From an uncultured Candidatus Saccharibacteria bacterium (GTDB lineage: Bacteria > Patescibacteriota > JAQUNI01): a DNA stretch of 64,000 nt. The position numbers and the translations under genes are program-made. The stretch lies in NCBI GenBank assembly GCA_964555185.1, contig CAZKRD010000003.1:19943-83942 (forward strand), written 5' to 3'. Below, in pieces: positions 37,465 to 46,036 of the stretch (its first letter is position 1; each line of letters opens with the position of its first letter). The notes below the pieces were generated by a model. It made no database searches and was not told the origin of the DNA. It was given only the letters and a program-made list of their open reading frames with translations.

Positions 37465-38340
37465 TCACACATAAAGTTTAATGGGCAACTCGTTGATCAT
37501 CCTCCTAATGGTTTTAAGATCGGCCGTGGCATGTTCTGCCCCAGGAAGCGGCTCAAGATCAATAGGCACTTGAATCTTCAGCATCCGTAACCTCAAGAGC
37601 AGCTCTTTGAAATCAATTTCTTCCATTGAATCTATTCCTTCTGTTTGAGCTAGAGGAATAGTTTCTGCTTCGAGGCCCACTCGCCGCGCGTTCTTAAGGT
37701 GAATTGCTTTTACGATAGGCCAGTGAACCTTAAGCTCTTTGTCAAGAAAAGAAGCCAGTGACATCCTTTCTGTTTTTAAATGGTTTAAGGTGTGGATACT
37801 GTAAAGATAATTGCCAAGATCCCACAGGCAGCCGAGGCGATCATCTTTTAGTATTTCACAGAGGCGAGCTACATCCGACAGGGTCTCACATCCAGTCGCG
37901 GCCTCGTTCTCCACAGCTAACACAAAATTAGGAGGGAGTATCTCTAAGGCTCGTTTGAGGTGGTCCACCAATCCACTTTTGGCCATATACGGGATGTCGA
38001 GCTGGCGCCTGCCCGCGAAAGCGCGGATCACATTTGTGCCGAAGATTATGGCGCACTCAATGAGTTTCGGGAGTTTCTTGAAATGTTCTTCTACTTGAGT
38101 TGGATCATCAAGTTCGCATTTCAGAAAACAAGAAGCAAGGAGGCTTACTTTTTTTTCGGCATCATTGAGTATACTTGCTTCCTTTTTTACTCGTTCGAGT
38201 GGAATGTCCCATATATCCTCGCCATCAATTTTTCTGATTTCTACTTGCTTGATTTCCTGTCTTTGAGCCCAGGGCAGAAATGTTGCTGCATTCGGAGCAA
38301 CTTTGTCCATTATAATCCCAACAGAAAACTGATCAGGCAT
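37465..38340 (-). CDS. Sugar phosphate isomerase/epimerase (AP endonuclease 2 TIM barrel)
   Basis: LAVENE, WDLGN, IHLKN, DLEP metal ligands; SD GGAGG. Confidence 0.8.
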   Translation of the reverse strand: MPDQFSVGIIMDKVAPNAATFLPWAQRQEIKQVEIRKIDGEDIWDIPLERVKKEASILNDAEKKVSLLASCFLKCELDDPTQVEEHFKKLPKLIECAIIFGTNVIRAFAGRRQLDIPYMAKSGLVDHLKRALEILPPNFVLAVENEAATGCETLSDVARLCEILKDDRLGCLWDLGNYLYSIHTLNHLKTERMSLASFLDKELKVHWPIVKAIHLKNARRVGLEAETIPLAQTEGIDSMEEIDFKELLLRLRMLKIQVPIDLEPLPGAEHATADLKTIRRMINELPIKLYV

Positions 38341-38420
38341 CTGCTTTCCTCCTCCTTCCAAAAAAGTTTTCTGTGACGCCTAGGCTGTGCCTGAAGCGCC
38401 ACAGAAGTTACCGACAGCCT

Positions 38421-39662
38421 TTAGAGAACTTCGGATCCCTTGCCCTGCTGGATCAGCGGGATATAGGTTTCCAGTTCTTCCAGCACACTGGCGTCGGTCA
38501 GGTCGAGTGCCTTTCCCTTCTCGTGGGACATATATCCAGCCATGATCAACCTGACGATCTCACGTCCATACCTGAAATTAAGCAGAGCGTCTTTGCCTTG
38601 CTCAAAGGCGGCAATGGCGTCTCTCCATTCAGCCGCGTATCCATACAGATCAGGCTCATTGGGTTGCATGGTAAGAGCACCGCGCGTCGCCTGTGCCTTT
38701 TCTAGGGCGAGTTCGCCGTCTACAATGGATTCAGCCGCGATGTCGCTGATAAATATGCCAGCAGGCGATTCCAGGGAGTTGATCGTGTATGAATACCCGG
38801 GGCCAAAAGCTTCCATCAGAAGTCTCAACCCGGGAGCGTCATACATCCATGAATTCGTAGCTTGAGCTACGCTTCGGACACCAGTGTCAGGGTCTTTGAA
38901 TTCGGCTGTAACCAGCGCGTAGTCTTCTGCTGGAGTTGTGGCATAATCCACGCCACGGTTGCGAAGTTGGCTGACCCACGGCTCTTTGCCCCACTTGAGC
39001 AGTGTCATGGTACCATTGATGGAAACGGGTTCCAGATGATCAGGTGGCTTGCCAGTAGGGGTTAACATATACATGCCAACGGCAATACTGTGACAGCCCA
39101 TATCGCACCAGACACCACCACCCTGTTTTTTTGGGTCCCAGAACCACGCTTCGTGCGGCCCGCCGTGTTCTTCTGCTGATCGGGTTAGGTGCACAGCGCC
39201 TATAGATTGCTCCACTGACTGAAGCTGGAGTCGGGCGTTTTGAACTGCGGGCATGTGGATCTGATTCTCAAAATACGCTGTGGAGACACCCACTGATTTG
39301 ACCAATTCAGCCAGACCCACCATCCTATTAGCTTCAGCCATGTTTCGAGCCAGCGGTTTTTCACAGATGATCCCCTTGATTTTTGCACCTCTCTCCTCGA
39401 TTGCGCGGATAATTTTACGCAGGACTTCAAGGCGAACAAAGTTAGGGATAAACATACAGACTACATCCACCTTTTGGCAGAGCTCCTCCACGCTTCTATA
39501 AACCTTAGTATCACCCAACCCGGCTTCGCGTGCTCTTTGAGCGAGTTCTTCTGCCCCATCCAGGGCATAAACACCAGCTAATTCCACGCCGCGAACCGAT
39601 TCCAAAGCCTTCCGGTGGAACTCCGCAACAAAACCAGCTCCGATCATTCCAATCTGTAACAT
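38421..39662 (-). CDS. Gfo/Idh/MocA family oxidoreductase
   Basis: IGAGFVA Rossmann motif, CEKPLA, GGGVWCDMGCH. Confidence 0.92.
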   Translation of the reverse strand: MLQIGMIGAGFVAEFHRKALESVRGVELAGVYALDGAEELAQRAREAGLGDTKVYRSVEELCQKVDVVCMFIPNFVRLEVLRKIIRAIEERGAKIKGIICEKPLARNMAEANRMVGLAELVKSVGVSTAYFENQIHMPAVQNARLQLQSVEQSIGAVHLTRSAEEHGGPHEAWFWDPKKQGGGVWCDMGCHSIAVGMYMLTPTGKPPDHLEPVSINGTMTLLKWGKEPWVSQLRNRGVDYATTPAEDYALVTAEFKDPDTGVRSVAQATNSWMYDAPGLRLLMEAFGPGYSYTINSLESPAGIFISDIAAESIVDGELALEKAQATRGALTMQPNEPDLYGYAAEWRDAIAAFEQGKDALLNFRYGREIVRLIMAGYMSHEKGKALDLTDASVLEELETYIPLIQQGKGSEVL

Positions 39663-39871
39663 AATTATTCTCCTTTTCTTGTTTGTGGTTTGAAACTAAA
39701 CACATTGCCTAGCTTAAAACGTTCCTCCTTTCGTTTTGGGACTGACATTTTTACTAATTAGTTGTGATAATGAGCCAAGAAGATAGAATAGCAAAAATTG
39801 TAGGTTTGTCAATTTTTCAAACTAAAAAACAGAGCAAGCCCTCCGTTATAATATTTAAATCTTGTTTCTAG

Positions 39872-39943
39872 CAGCCCCAAGGGGAATCGAACCCCTGTTT
39901 TTAGGATGAAAACCTAATGTCCTAACCACTAGACGATGGGGCC
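39872..39943 (-). tRNA. tRNA-Glu (TTC)
   Basis: GGCCCCATCGTCTAGTGGTTAGGACATTAGGTTTTCATCCTAAAAACAGGGGTTCGATTCCCCTTGGGGCTG; CCA not encoded. Confidence 0.95.
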
Positions 39944-40175
39944 AAAGTTAGTTTAAAATTCAAAGTTAAAAATTAAAAGTTATAGTGCGAGCATAGCATA
40001 TTGAAGGGGATTTTTCAATGAGGCGGATAATGGGTATAATGAATTAGTTGGCTTATTTTTTATTTTTTATTTAAGAAATTTTTCCAGTACCTATTCAGTA
40101 GAAAATAAGAAATGACCTGCCTGCTGGCGAGGCAGGAAAATCGACAAAAAATTCAAAATAAGAAATAATAAATTT

Positions 40176-41195
40176 ATGTTAATCCTTGGCATTGAAACAT
40201 CCTGTGATGAAACGGCGGCGGCAATCGTCAAAGACGGCAATCAAATTCTCTCTAACATTGTTTCTTCGCAGGTCAAACTCCATGCGCCGCACGGCGGAGT
40301 GGTGCCGGAATTGGCTTCCCGGGCGCATATTGAGAGGATCATTCCGGTTATTGATCAGGCGACCCGTAAAGCGCGAATAAAGCCGCGGGACTTAGATTGT
40401 ATTGCCGTAACTTGCGGTCCGGGTTTGATTCCGGCCTTAATGATTGGCGTGGATACGGCGCGCGCCTTGTCTTTTGCTTGGCAAAAGCCAATTATTGGGG
40501 TAAATCATATTGAGGGACACGTTCGCTCCGCTCAAATTCAAAATTCAAAATTCAAAATTCAAAAAATAAGATTTCCGGCGGTTTGCCTGACTGTTTCCGG
40601 CGGTCACACGAAATTGATTTTGGTTAAAGGTTGGGAAGATTATAAGATAATTGGCGAGACCCTGGATGATGCCTGCGGGGAGGCCTTTGATAAGGTGGCC
40701 AAGCTTTTGGCTTTAGGTTATCCCGGCGGGCCGATTGTTGAAAAGATGGCTTTGCAAGGGAATCCCAAAGCTTTTGATTTCCCCAGACCGATTTTACATC
40801 AAGCTAATTTTGATTTCAGCTTTTCAGGACTCAAGACCGCTGTTTTATATCAAGTTAGAAAAATAAACGAGAAGAAATTGAACAAATACGATGTTTGCGC
40901 TTCTTTTCAAGCAGCTGCTTTTGATGTTTTGGTTAACAAGACCTTGAAAGCAAGCAGGAAGTACAAGATAAAATCAATTATTTTAACCGGCGGCGTGGCT
41001 GCGAATGAAGCTTTGCAAAATTTATTTAGGCAATCACTGGCAGCTACTGGTTACAAACTATTGATTACAAAGTTTCCTACAGACAACGCGGCAATGATCG
41101 CGGCCGCGGCCTATCCCCGCGCGATCAAAAAAGACTACGATGATTGGCGCAGTCTTCAGGCAGACGCGAACCTTAAATTAAACTCTAAAGCTTGA
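40176..41195 (+). CDS. tsaD: t6A tRNA threonylcarbamoyltransferase TsaD
   Basis: GIETSCDET, GGVVPELASRAH, HIEGH, VSGGHT, TDNAAMI. Confidence 0.97.
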   Translation: MLILGIETSCDETAAAIVKDGNQILSNIVSSQVKLHAPHGGVVPELASRAHIERIIPVIDQATRKARIKPRDLDCIAVTCGPGLIPALMIGVDTARALSFAWQKPIIGVNHIEGHVRSAQIQNSKFKIQKIRFPAVCLTVSGGHTKLILVKGWEDYKIIGETLDDACGEAFDKVAKLLALGYPGGPIVEKMALQGNPKAFDFPRPILHQANFDFSFSGLKTAVLYQVRKINEKKLNKYDVCASFQAAAFDVLVNKTLKASRKYKIKSIILTGGVAANEALQNLFRQSLAATGYKLLITKFPTDNAAMIAAAAYPRAIKKDYDDWRSLQADANLKLNSKA

Positions 41196-41263
41196 ATGTT
41201 CTTCTCGCTCGCCGCGAGGCGAGTGTTTAGAATTTGTCATTTGTCATTGGGAATTTACCTACC

Positions 41264-42931
41264 CTAGGTTATTCTTTTCAACTCTGCCAAGGTAGTCTTG
41301 CCGGCAATCACTTTAGAAAGGCCGTCTTGAATCAGGGTGATCATTCCCTCTGACAAGGCTTGATCCCAGATCTGTTGAGGGGTATTGCGCTGGGCGATTA
41401 AGTTGCGGATTTTTTTGGAGATATTCATTACCTCAAAGATGCCGATTCGTCCTTTGTAGCCCATGCTTTGGCAATCAGGACAACCCTTTGGCTGATAGAG
41501 GGTTAAGTTTTCCGGCACTGGGAATTTATTCCGGATCACTTTTTTCATTTTTTCAATAACCTCTGGCGAAGCTTTTTCTGCTTGGCGGCATTTAGAACAT
41601 AAAAGCCGAACCAGTTTTTGGTTAATCAAAAGGTTAAGCACGTCAGCCAGGTTTTGAGGGTCAGCGCCCATGTTTTCGAGTTGAGTAATGATTTCGGGCG
41701 TGGAGCCGGCATGGAGAGTAGAGAGGACAATATGGCCAGTGGTGGCGGCGCGGATCGTGATTTCGGCGGTTTCAGGATCGCGGATTTCACCAATCATGAT
41801 CACGTCCGGGTCCTGGCGCAAGACTCCCCTTAAGCCTTTGGCAAAACCCAAACCCTTTTTTTCATTGATCTGAATTTGGGAGATCCCAGGCAGGCGGTAT
41901 TCAATCGGGTCTTCCAAGGTCATAATTTTGATCTGAGGGCTTTTTTTGTAGTTTAGGAAAGCGTAGAGGGTGGTGGTTTTGCCTGAACCAGTGGCGCCGG
42001 TTAGGAGCACCATGCCTGATGGTTTTTCCAGATTATTTTTTACGATTTTTAGTTCTTTTTCTTTGATCCCTAGGTTTTGGATATTCAGAAGGTAGTCGCG
42101 TTCTAATCCTAAGAGCCGGAGAGTGATCGCTTCTCCATAATTAGTGGGCAGGGTCGAGACCCGGATATCCATTTCTATGTGGTTATGCCGAATCGTGAAA
42201 CGGCCGTCTTGCGGTGTTTGGGTGATATTCAGTTTGAGTCCGGCTACAAGTTTTAAACGGGAAAGAATGCGGGGATAGACCTTGGCGGAGAAAGAAACTA
42301 CCTCTTGCATTATCCCGTCAATCCTGAAGCGGAGGATGATTTCTTCCTTTTTGGGCTCTAGGTGGAGATCACTGGCGCGGGTCTTAATCGCATGGGCGAC
42401 CAGGGCAAGAATAATTTCTTTTATCGGTTTGTTGATGATGCTGGTGCCAAGCTTGGGCCAGGTTTTAATTTCAGAGCCCGCTTTTTCAATCAACTCTTTG
42501 CTTATTTTGATTTCCTCCTCTCTTTTTTTCTTTTTGGATTCAAATTTTACGGTCAGAGGATAGAGAAAAATGCCGTGTTCAAAACTTGCTTCTGACATTA
42601 AATAAACAATGCATCTATCAAAATTCTTTTTTAAGTCTTTGATAGTTTTTTGGGCTCGTTGGTTATGGGGGTCATTAATCGCCACTCTTACTGTATTTTT
42701 CTCTCGGTGAAAGCAGATAATTTGCCCTTCTTGTGCTTTTTGTTTGGGGATTAAGGTCAGAGTGTCGTACTCAATGCTTAGTTTCTGTAGATTGATGTAG
42801 GGTGTTTGGGAGTCTTCGGCTAGATTTTTGATCCTTTTTTCTTCAAAGCTGATGCTTTTTTCCTCGATGGTTTGAAATAGTTCGGCCACATCCCTATCCT
42901 TTGCTTGTTGATTGTTTTGATTTTTGGACAT
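41264..42931 (-). CDS. pilB: GspE/PilB type IV pilus assembly ATPase
   Basis: ASDLHLEP, GATGSGKTTTLY, EDPIEY, LRQDPD, LSTLH, tetracysteine motif. Confidence 0.85.
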   Translation of the reverse strand: MSKNQNNQQAKDRDVAELFQTIEEKSISFEEKRIKNLAEDSQTPYINLQKLSIEYDTLTLIPKQKAQEGQIICFHREKNTVRVAINDPHNQRAQKTIKDLKKNFDRCIVYLMSEASFEHGIFLYPLTVKFESKKKKREEEIKISKELIEKAGSEIKTWPKLGTSIINKPIKEIILALVAHAIKTRASDLHLEPKKEEIILRFRIDGIMQEVVSFSAKVYPRILSRLKLVAGLKLNITQTPQDGRFTIRHNHIEMDIRVSTLPTNYGEAITLRLLGLERDYLLNIQNLGIKEKELKIVKNNLEKPSGMVLLTGATGSGKTTTLYAFLNYKKSPQIKIMTLEDPIEYRLPGISQIQINEKKGLGFAKGLRGVLRQDPDVIMIGEIRDPETAEITIRAATTGHIVLSTLHAGSTPEIITQLENMGADPQNLADVLNLLINQKLVRLLCSKCRQAEKASPEVIEKMKKVIRNKFPVPENLTLYQPKGCPDCQSMGYKGRIGIFEVMNISKKIRNLIAQRNTPQQIWDQALSEGMITLIQDGLSKVIAGKTTLAELKRIT

Positions 42932-43036
42932 TTATTTTCTCAAATGAAATTTGTTGTTTCTGATTGCATATTGATTGTACTATTTTTTGATAAAAATAAA
43001 AAGACCTTTTGGAAAACCAAAGGAGTCTTCTTGGGT

Positions 43037-44194
43037 TTAGGCGGGGATGAATTCTTCCAGTATTTCTAGTACCTCTTGTTCCAGTTCGGTGAGGGTTCCC
43101 TGCTTTGTGCTTAGCAGAATCAAATCATCCTGCGTTTTTTCTTCTTTAAATCCGTAAGCGGCCAACTTTTCTTTGAGGGATTGCAAATCAATATTTTTAT
43201 TCAGCTTCTTAATTTCGAGGTAAATGAGGCTGGGCTTTTTTTCGGCAAGCAGAAAGATGATATCTGCTTTGATCGTGTTGTTTTTTAATTCATTGATAAT
43301 CCGTTCAATGTCTTGAATTGTGCTTTCTGATTTTTCAAAATCCGCCTGGGAGAGTAAGGACCAGACAAGTTTTTGGTTTAAGTTGGTCTTAAGGCGAGCC
43401 AAGGTCCTGCCCCAGAGATGGAGGTTTGAGAGGGAGCGGGTTTTATAGAGGTTTTGGATAATGAGCTCTCTTTCGGCACCCAGCTCTATCAGCTTGGCCG
43501 CGGCGATGAATGTTTGGGGCGTGGTTTTAAGATTTTGGAAGTTGTTGGTTTTACTGATGATGCCGGTTAAAAGACAAGTGGCGATGTCCTCGGAAATAAT
43601 TTCAGGATCAAGGCTCTTTAGGAAGGAAAAAAGGATTTCCGCGGTTGCCGAGGCGGTTATTTTTACAAGATTGATTTCACCAAAATTTTCATTACTTGAA
43701 TGGCAATCAATATTAATCAGAGGAGACTCATAGAAGAGTTCGGCGTTTTCTTGGTAGAGCAGATTGAGGTTTTCTAAGGTAGGCGTGTTTAAGACCACAA
43801 TTAGGTCGTATTTGGATTTTCCCTTTTTGATTTTGACATCGTGAGGCTCAAAATGACCCCTTTTGGGTGTAATGTGAATATTCAATTTGTCTTTTTTGAT
43901 GTTGTATTTGAATTGGCCAACCTTGGCGTGACTGATATCCAGGGAGATGATAAAGTCTTTGGCTCCTTTGAGATTGGTTTGGATTTTTGAAAACCCGGGC
44001 AGAAATTCTAGATTTTTTGAGGAGGACCCGAGTTTAGCAACCGGTGTGGTTGTTTTGTCGAGTTTCTTAAGGGCAAGATGGAAAGCTAAAAGACTGGCAA
44101 GAGAATCTATGTCCTCGGAGCCGTCAGTGACCAACAGCGCTTCCTTGCTTTGTTTGATAATTTTTTTGATTTGTTCTTCCGGGGTCAACTCCAT
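43037..44194 (-). CDS. DHH/DHHA1 phosphoesterase-like protein (NrnA-like, degenerate active site)
   Basis: DIDSLAS, NIDCHSSNENFG, ATCLLTGIISKT. Confidence 0.75.
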   Translation of the reverse strand: MELTPEEQIKKIIKQSKEALLVTDGSEDIDSLASLLAFHLALKKLDKTTTPVAKLGSSSKNLEFLPGFSKIQTNLKGAKDFIISLDISHAKVGQFKYNIKKDKLNIHITPKRGHFEPHDVKIKKGKSKYDLIVVLNTPTLENLNLLYQENAELFYESPLINIDCHSSNENFGEINLVKITASATAEILFSFLKSLDPEIISEDIATCLLTGIISKTNNFQNLKTTPQTFIAAAKLIELGAERELIIQNLYKTRSLSNLHLWGRTLARLKTNLNQKLVWSLLSQADFEKSESTIQDIERIINELKNNTIKADIIFLLAEKKPSLIYLEIKKLNKNIDLQSLKEKLAAYGFKEEKTQDDLILLSTKQGTLTELEQEVLEILEEFIPA

Positions 44195-44346
44195 TTTATT
44201 TTGGCGCAATTTTAGATTATCAGTTTAATCTATCTTATCTTGCTTGTAGTGTCAATGTGTGGATAACGATTTAGTTTAAAGTTTAAGGTTCAAAGTGTAA
44301 AGTTATTGCTATATTGTTGAGTTTTGGATAAGATAGTAATGAAACA

Positions 44347-45135
44347 ATGGATATCATTCAGTCAATAATTTTAGGGATTGTGCAGGGAGCAACTGAGTTC
44401 ATCCCGGTTTCAAGTTCAGGACATTTGGTTTTGACCCGGGAATTTTTAGGTTGGGAGGATCCGGGGATTTCTTTTGATATTGCCCTGCATTGCGGCACGC
44501 TTTTTGCCCTGCTTTTTTATTTCCGAGAGCTCTGGCAAAGGATATTCAAAAAAGGCATAGGGGTTTTCCGTAAACGTTTGTTCTGGGGGATTATACTTGC
44601 TACATTACCAGTTGCCATTTTGGGTTATCTGGGACAGAGCTTTGTTATTAAGTATTTCCGCTCAAGTGTTCCTGTAGGAGTCTTCTTGATCATTGTCGGC
44701 ATCATCTTTATTCTGACTGAAAAACTATATTCTCGCCGGGAAGCTGCTAAAAGCAAAGGTGTTTTATCTTTTACAGACTATATTTTGATCGGGATTGCTC
44801 AAAGCTTAGCTTTAATCCCCGGGGTATCCCGTTCAGGGATGACAATTGCAGCTGGTATGAGTCTTAAAATGAGCCGCTGCGAGTCAGCAGAGTTTGCTTT
44901 CTTGCTTGCGATTCCTGCTATTTTTGGTGCGGCAGTTTATGATTTTTTAACAAATTATCAGGCTTTGAGTATTAATTTTTTGCAGACAACCCTTGGTTTC
45001 TGCGTGGCTTTGATTTTCGGTTACCTCAGTCTCCGTTTTTTAATCAATTATTTAAAAAAGCATAGCTTGAATGTTTTTGCCTATTATCTTTTTGCTTTAG
45101 GTACTATTATTATTATTTTGAGGCTACTATGGTAA
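44347..45135 (+). CDS. uppP: Undecaprenyl-diphosphate phosphatase
   Basis: QGATEFIPVSSSGH, PGVSRSG. Confidence 0.96.
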   Translation: MDIIQSIILGIVQGATEFIPVSSSGHLVLTREFLGWEDPGISFDIALHCGTLFALLFYFRELWQRIFKKGIGVFRKRLFWGIILATLPVAILGYLGQSFVIKYFRSSVPVGVFLIIVGIIFILTEKLYSRREAAKSKGVLSFTDYILIGIAQSLALIPGVSRSGMTIAAGMSLKMSRCESAEFAFLLAIPAIFGAAVYDFLTNYQALSINFLQTTLGFCVALIFGYLSLRFLINYLKKHSLNVFAYYLFALGTIIIILRLLW

Positions 45136-45572
45136 GTCAAACAGAACTTATTTCCAATTCAAACTTAAAAACCAAAGAAATAGGCAAGCTCTTTGGTCAG
45201 AGCCTCAAAGAAGGAGTGATCATTTCTTTAGTCGGGGATTTAGGCGGGGGCAAGACAACCTTTGTTCAGGGTTTAGGTATGGGTTTGGGAATCAGAGAGC
45301 GGATTACAAGCCCCAGCTTTGTCTTAATGAAGAGATACAAAGTGAACGCTCGAGAACCAATAAAATATCTCTGCCATATTGATTGTTATCGTTTAGAAAA
45401 AGCTCAAGATATTTTGGGAATAGGTTATCGGGAAATTATCAAAGAAAAGGATGCAGTGATAGTGATTGAATGGGCAAATCGAATTAAAAAATACTTGCCC
45501 AAAAAAAGAATTAAGATCAATTTTGAATTTATTGATCAGAATCAGAGAAAGATTCTTATTGCACCTTGTTAA
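45129..45572 (+). CDS. tsaE: t6A ATPase TsaE
   Basis: GDLGGGKTT, SPSF, HIDCYRL, IEWA. Confidence 0.95.
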   Translation: MVSQTELISNSNLKTKEIGKLFGQSLKEGVIISLVGDLGGGKTTFVQGLGMGLGIRERITSPSFVLMKRYKVNAREPIKYLCHIDCYRLEKAQDILGIGYREIIKEKDAVIVIEWANRIKKYLPKKRIKINFEFIDQNQRKILIAPC

Positions 45573-45607
45573 ACTCTAAACTACAAGTTAAATGGGAGGA
45601 GAAGCGG

Positions 45608-45970
45608 ATGAGCAAAGAACGACAGAAAATTCCGGACTATTTTGGTATTATTAGTGGTTTTCGGCAAATGCTTATTCTTATGGGACTGATTATTTCCTAT
45701 TATTGCTTGGAATGGATATTGGGGCCGATAGCAGGAGAAATAGCTTTGCTTTGCGTTGCTTTTGGCTTTTTTTTCATTTTTCGGAAATCGAAGAAGTGGA
45801 TTCTAAAAGCTAATAAATCGGTTCAAGGAGAAGGTGATCAGGGAAGGAGAATACCTTTAAAGATCCTCAGATGGTTTAGATGGTTTTTTCTTATTGTGGC
45901 CATAGCACTTTTAGCTGGTGCTATTGTTTATGGCTATAGACATAACTTCTTTCTGAATTCAGGGCTATGA
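45608..45970 (+). CDS. Hypothetical three-TM membrane protein
   Basis: Hydrophobic segments; SD GGGAGGA before ATG 45608. Confidence 0.6.
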   Translation: MSKERQKIPDYFGIISGFRQMLILMGLIISYYCLEWILGPIAGEIALLCVAFGFFFIFRKSKKWILKANKSVQGEGDQGRRIPLKILRWFRWFFLIVAIALLAGAIVYGYRHNFFLNSGL

Positions 45971-46036
45971 GGGAGGGATAGCCTTTTTTTATTTTAAAAA
46001 ATCTTGATAAAATGCTATGATACAAAAAGAAAGGAT

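Noticed and set aside
33300-39943. Genomic island integrated at tRNA-Glu
   Set aside because: No duplicate of the tRNA 3' end and no integrase seen; kept only as possible acquired islets.
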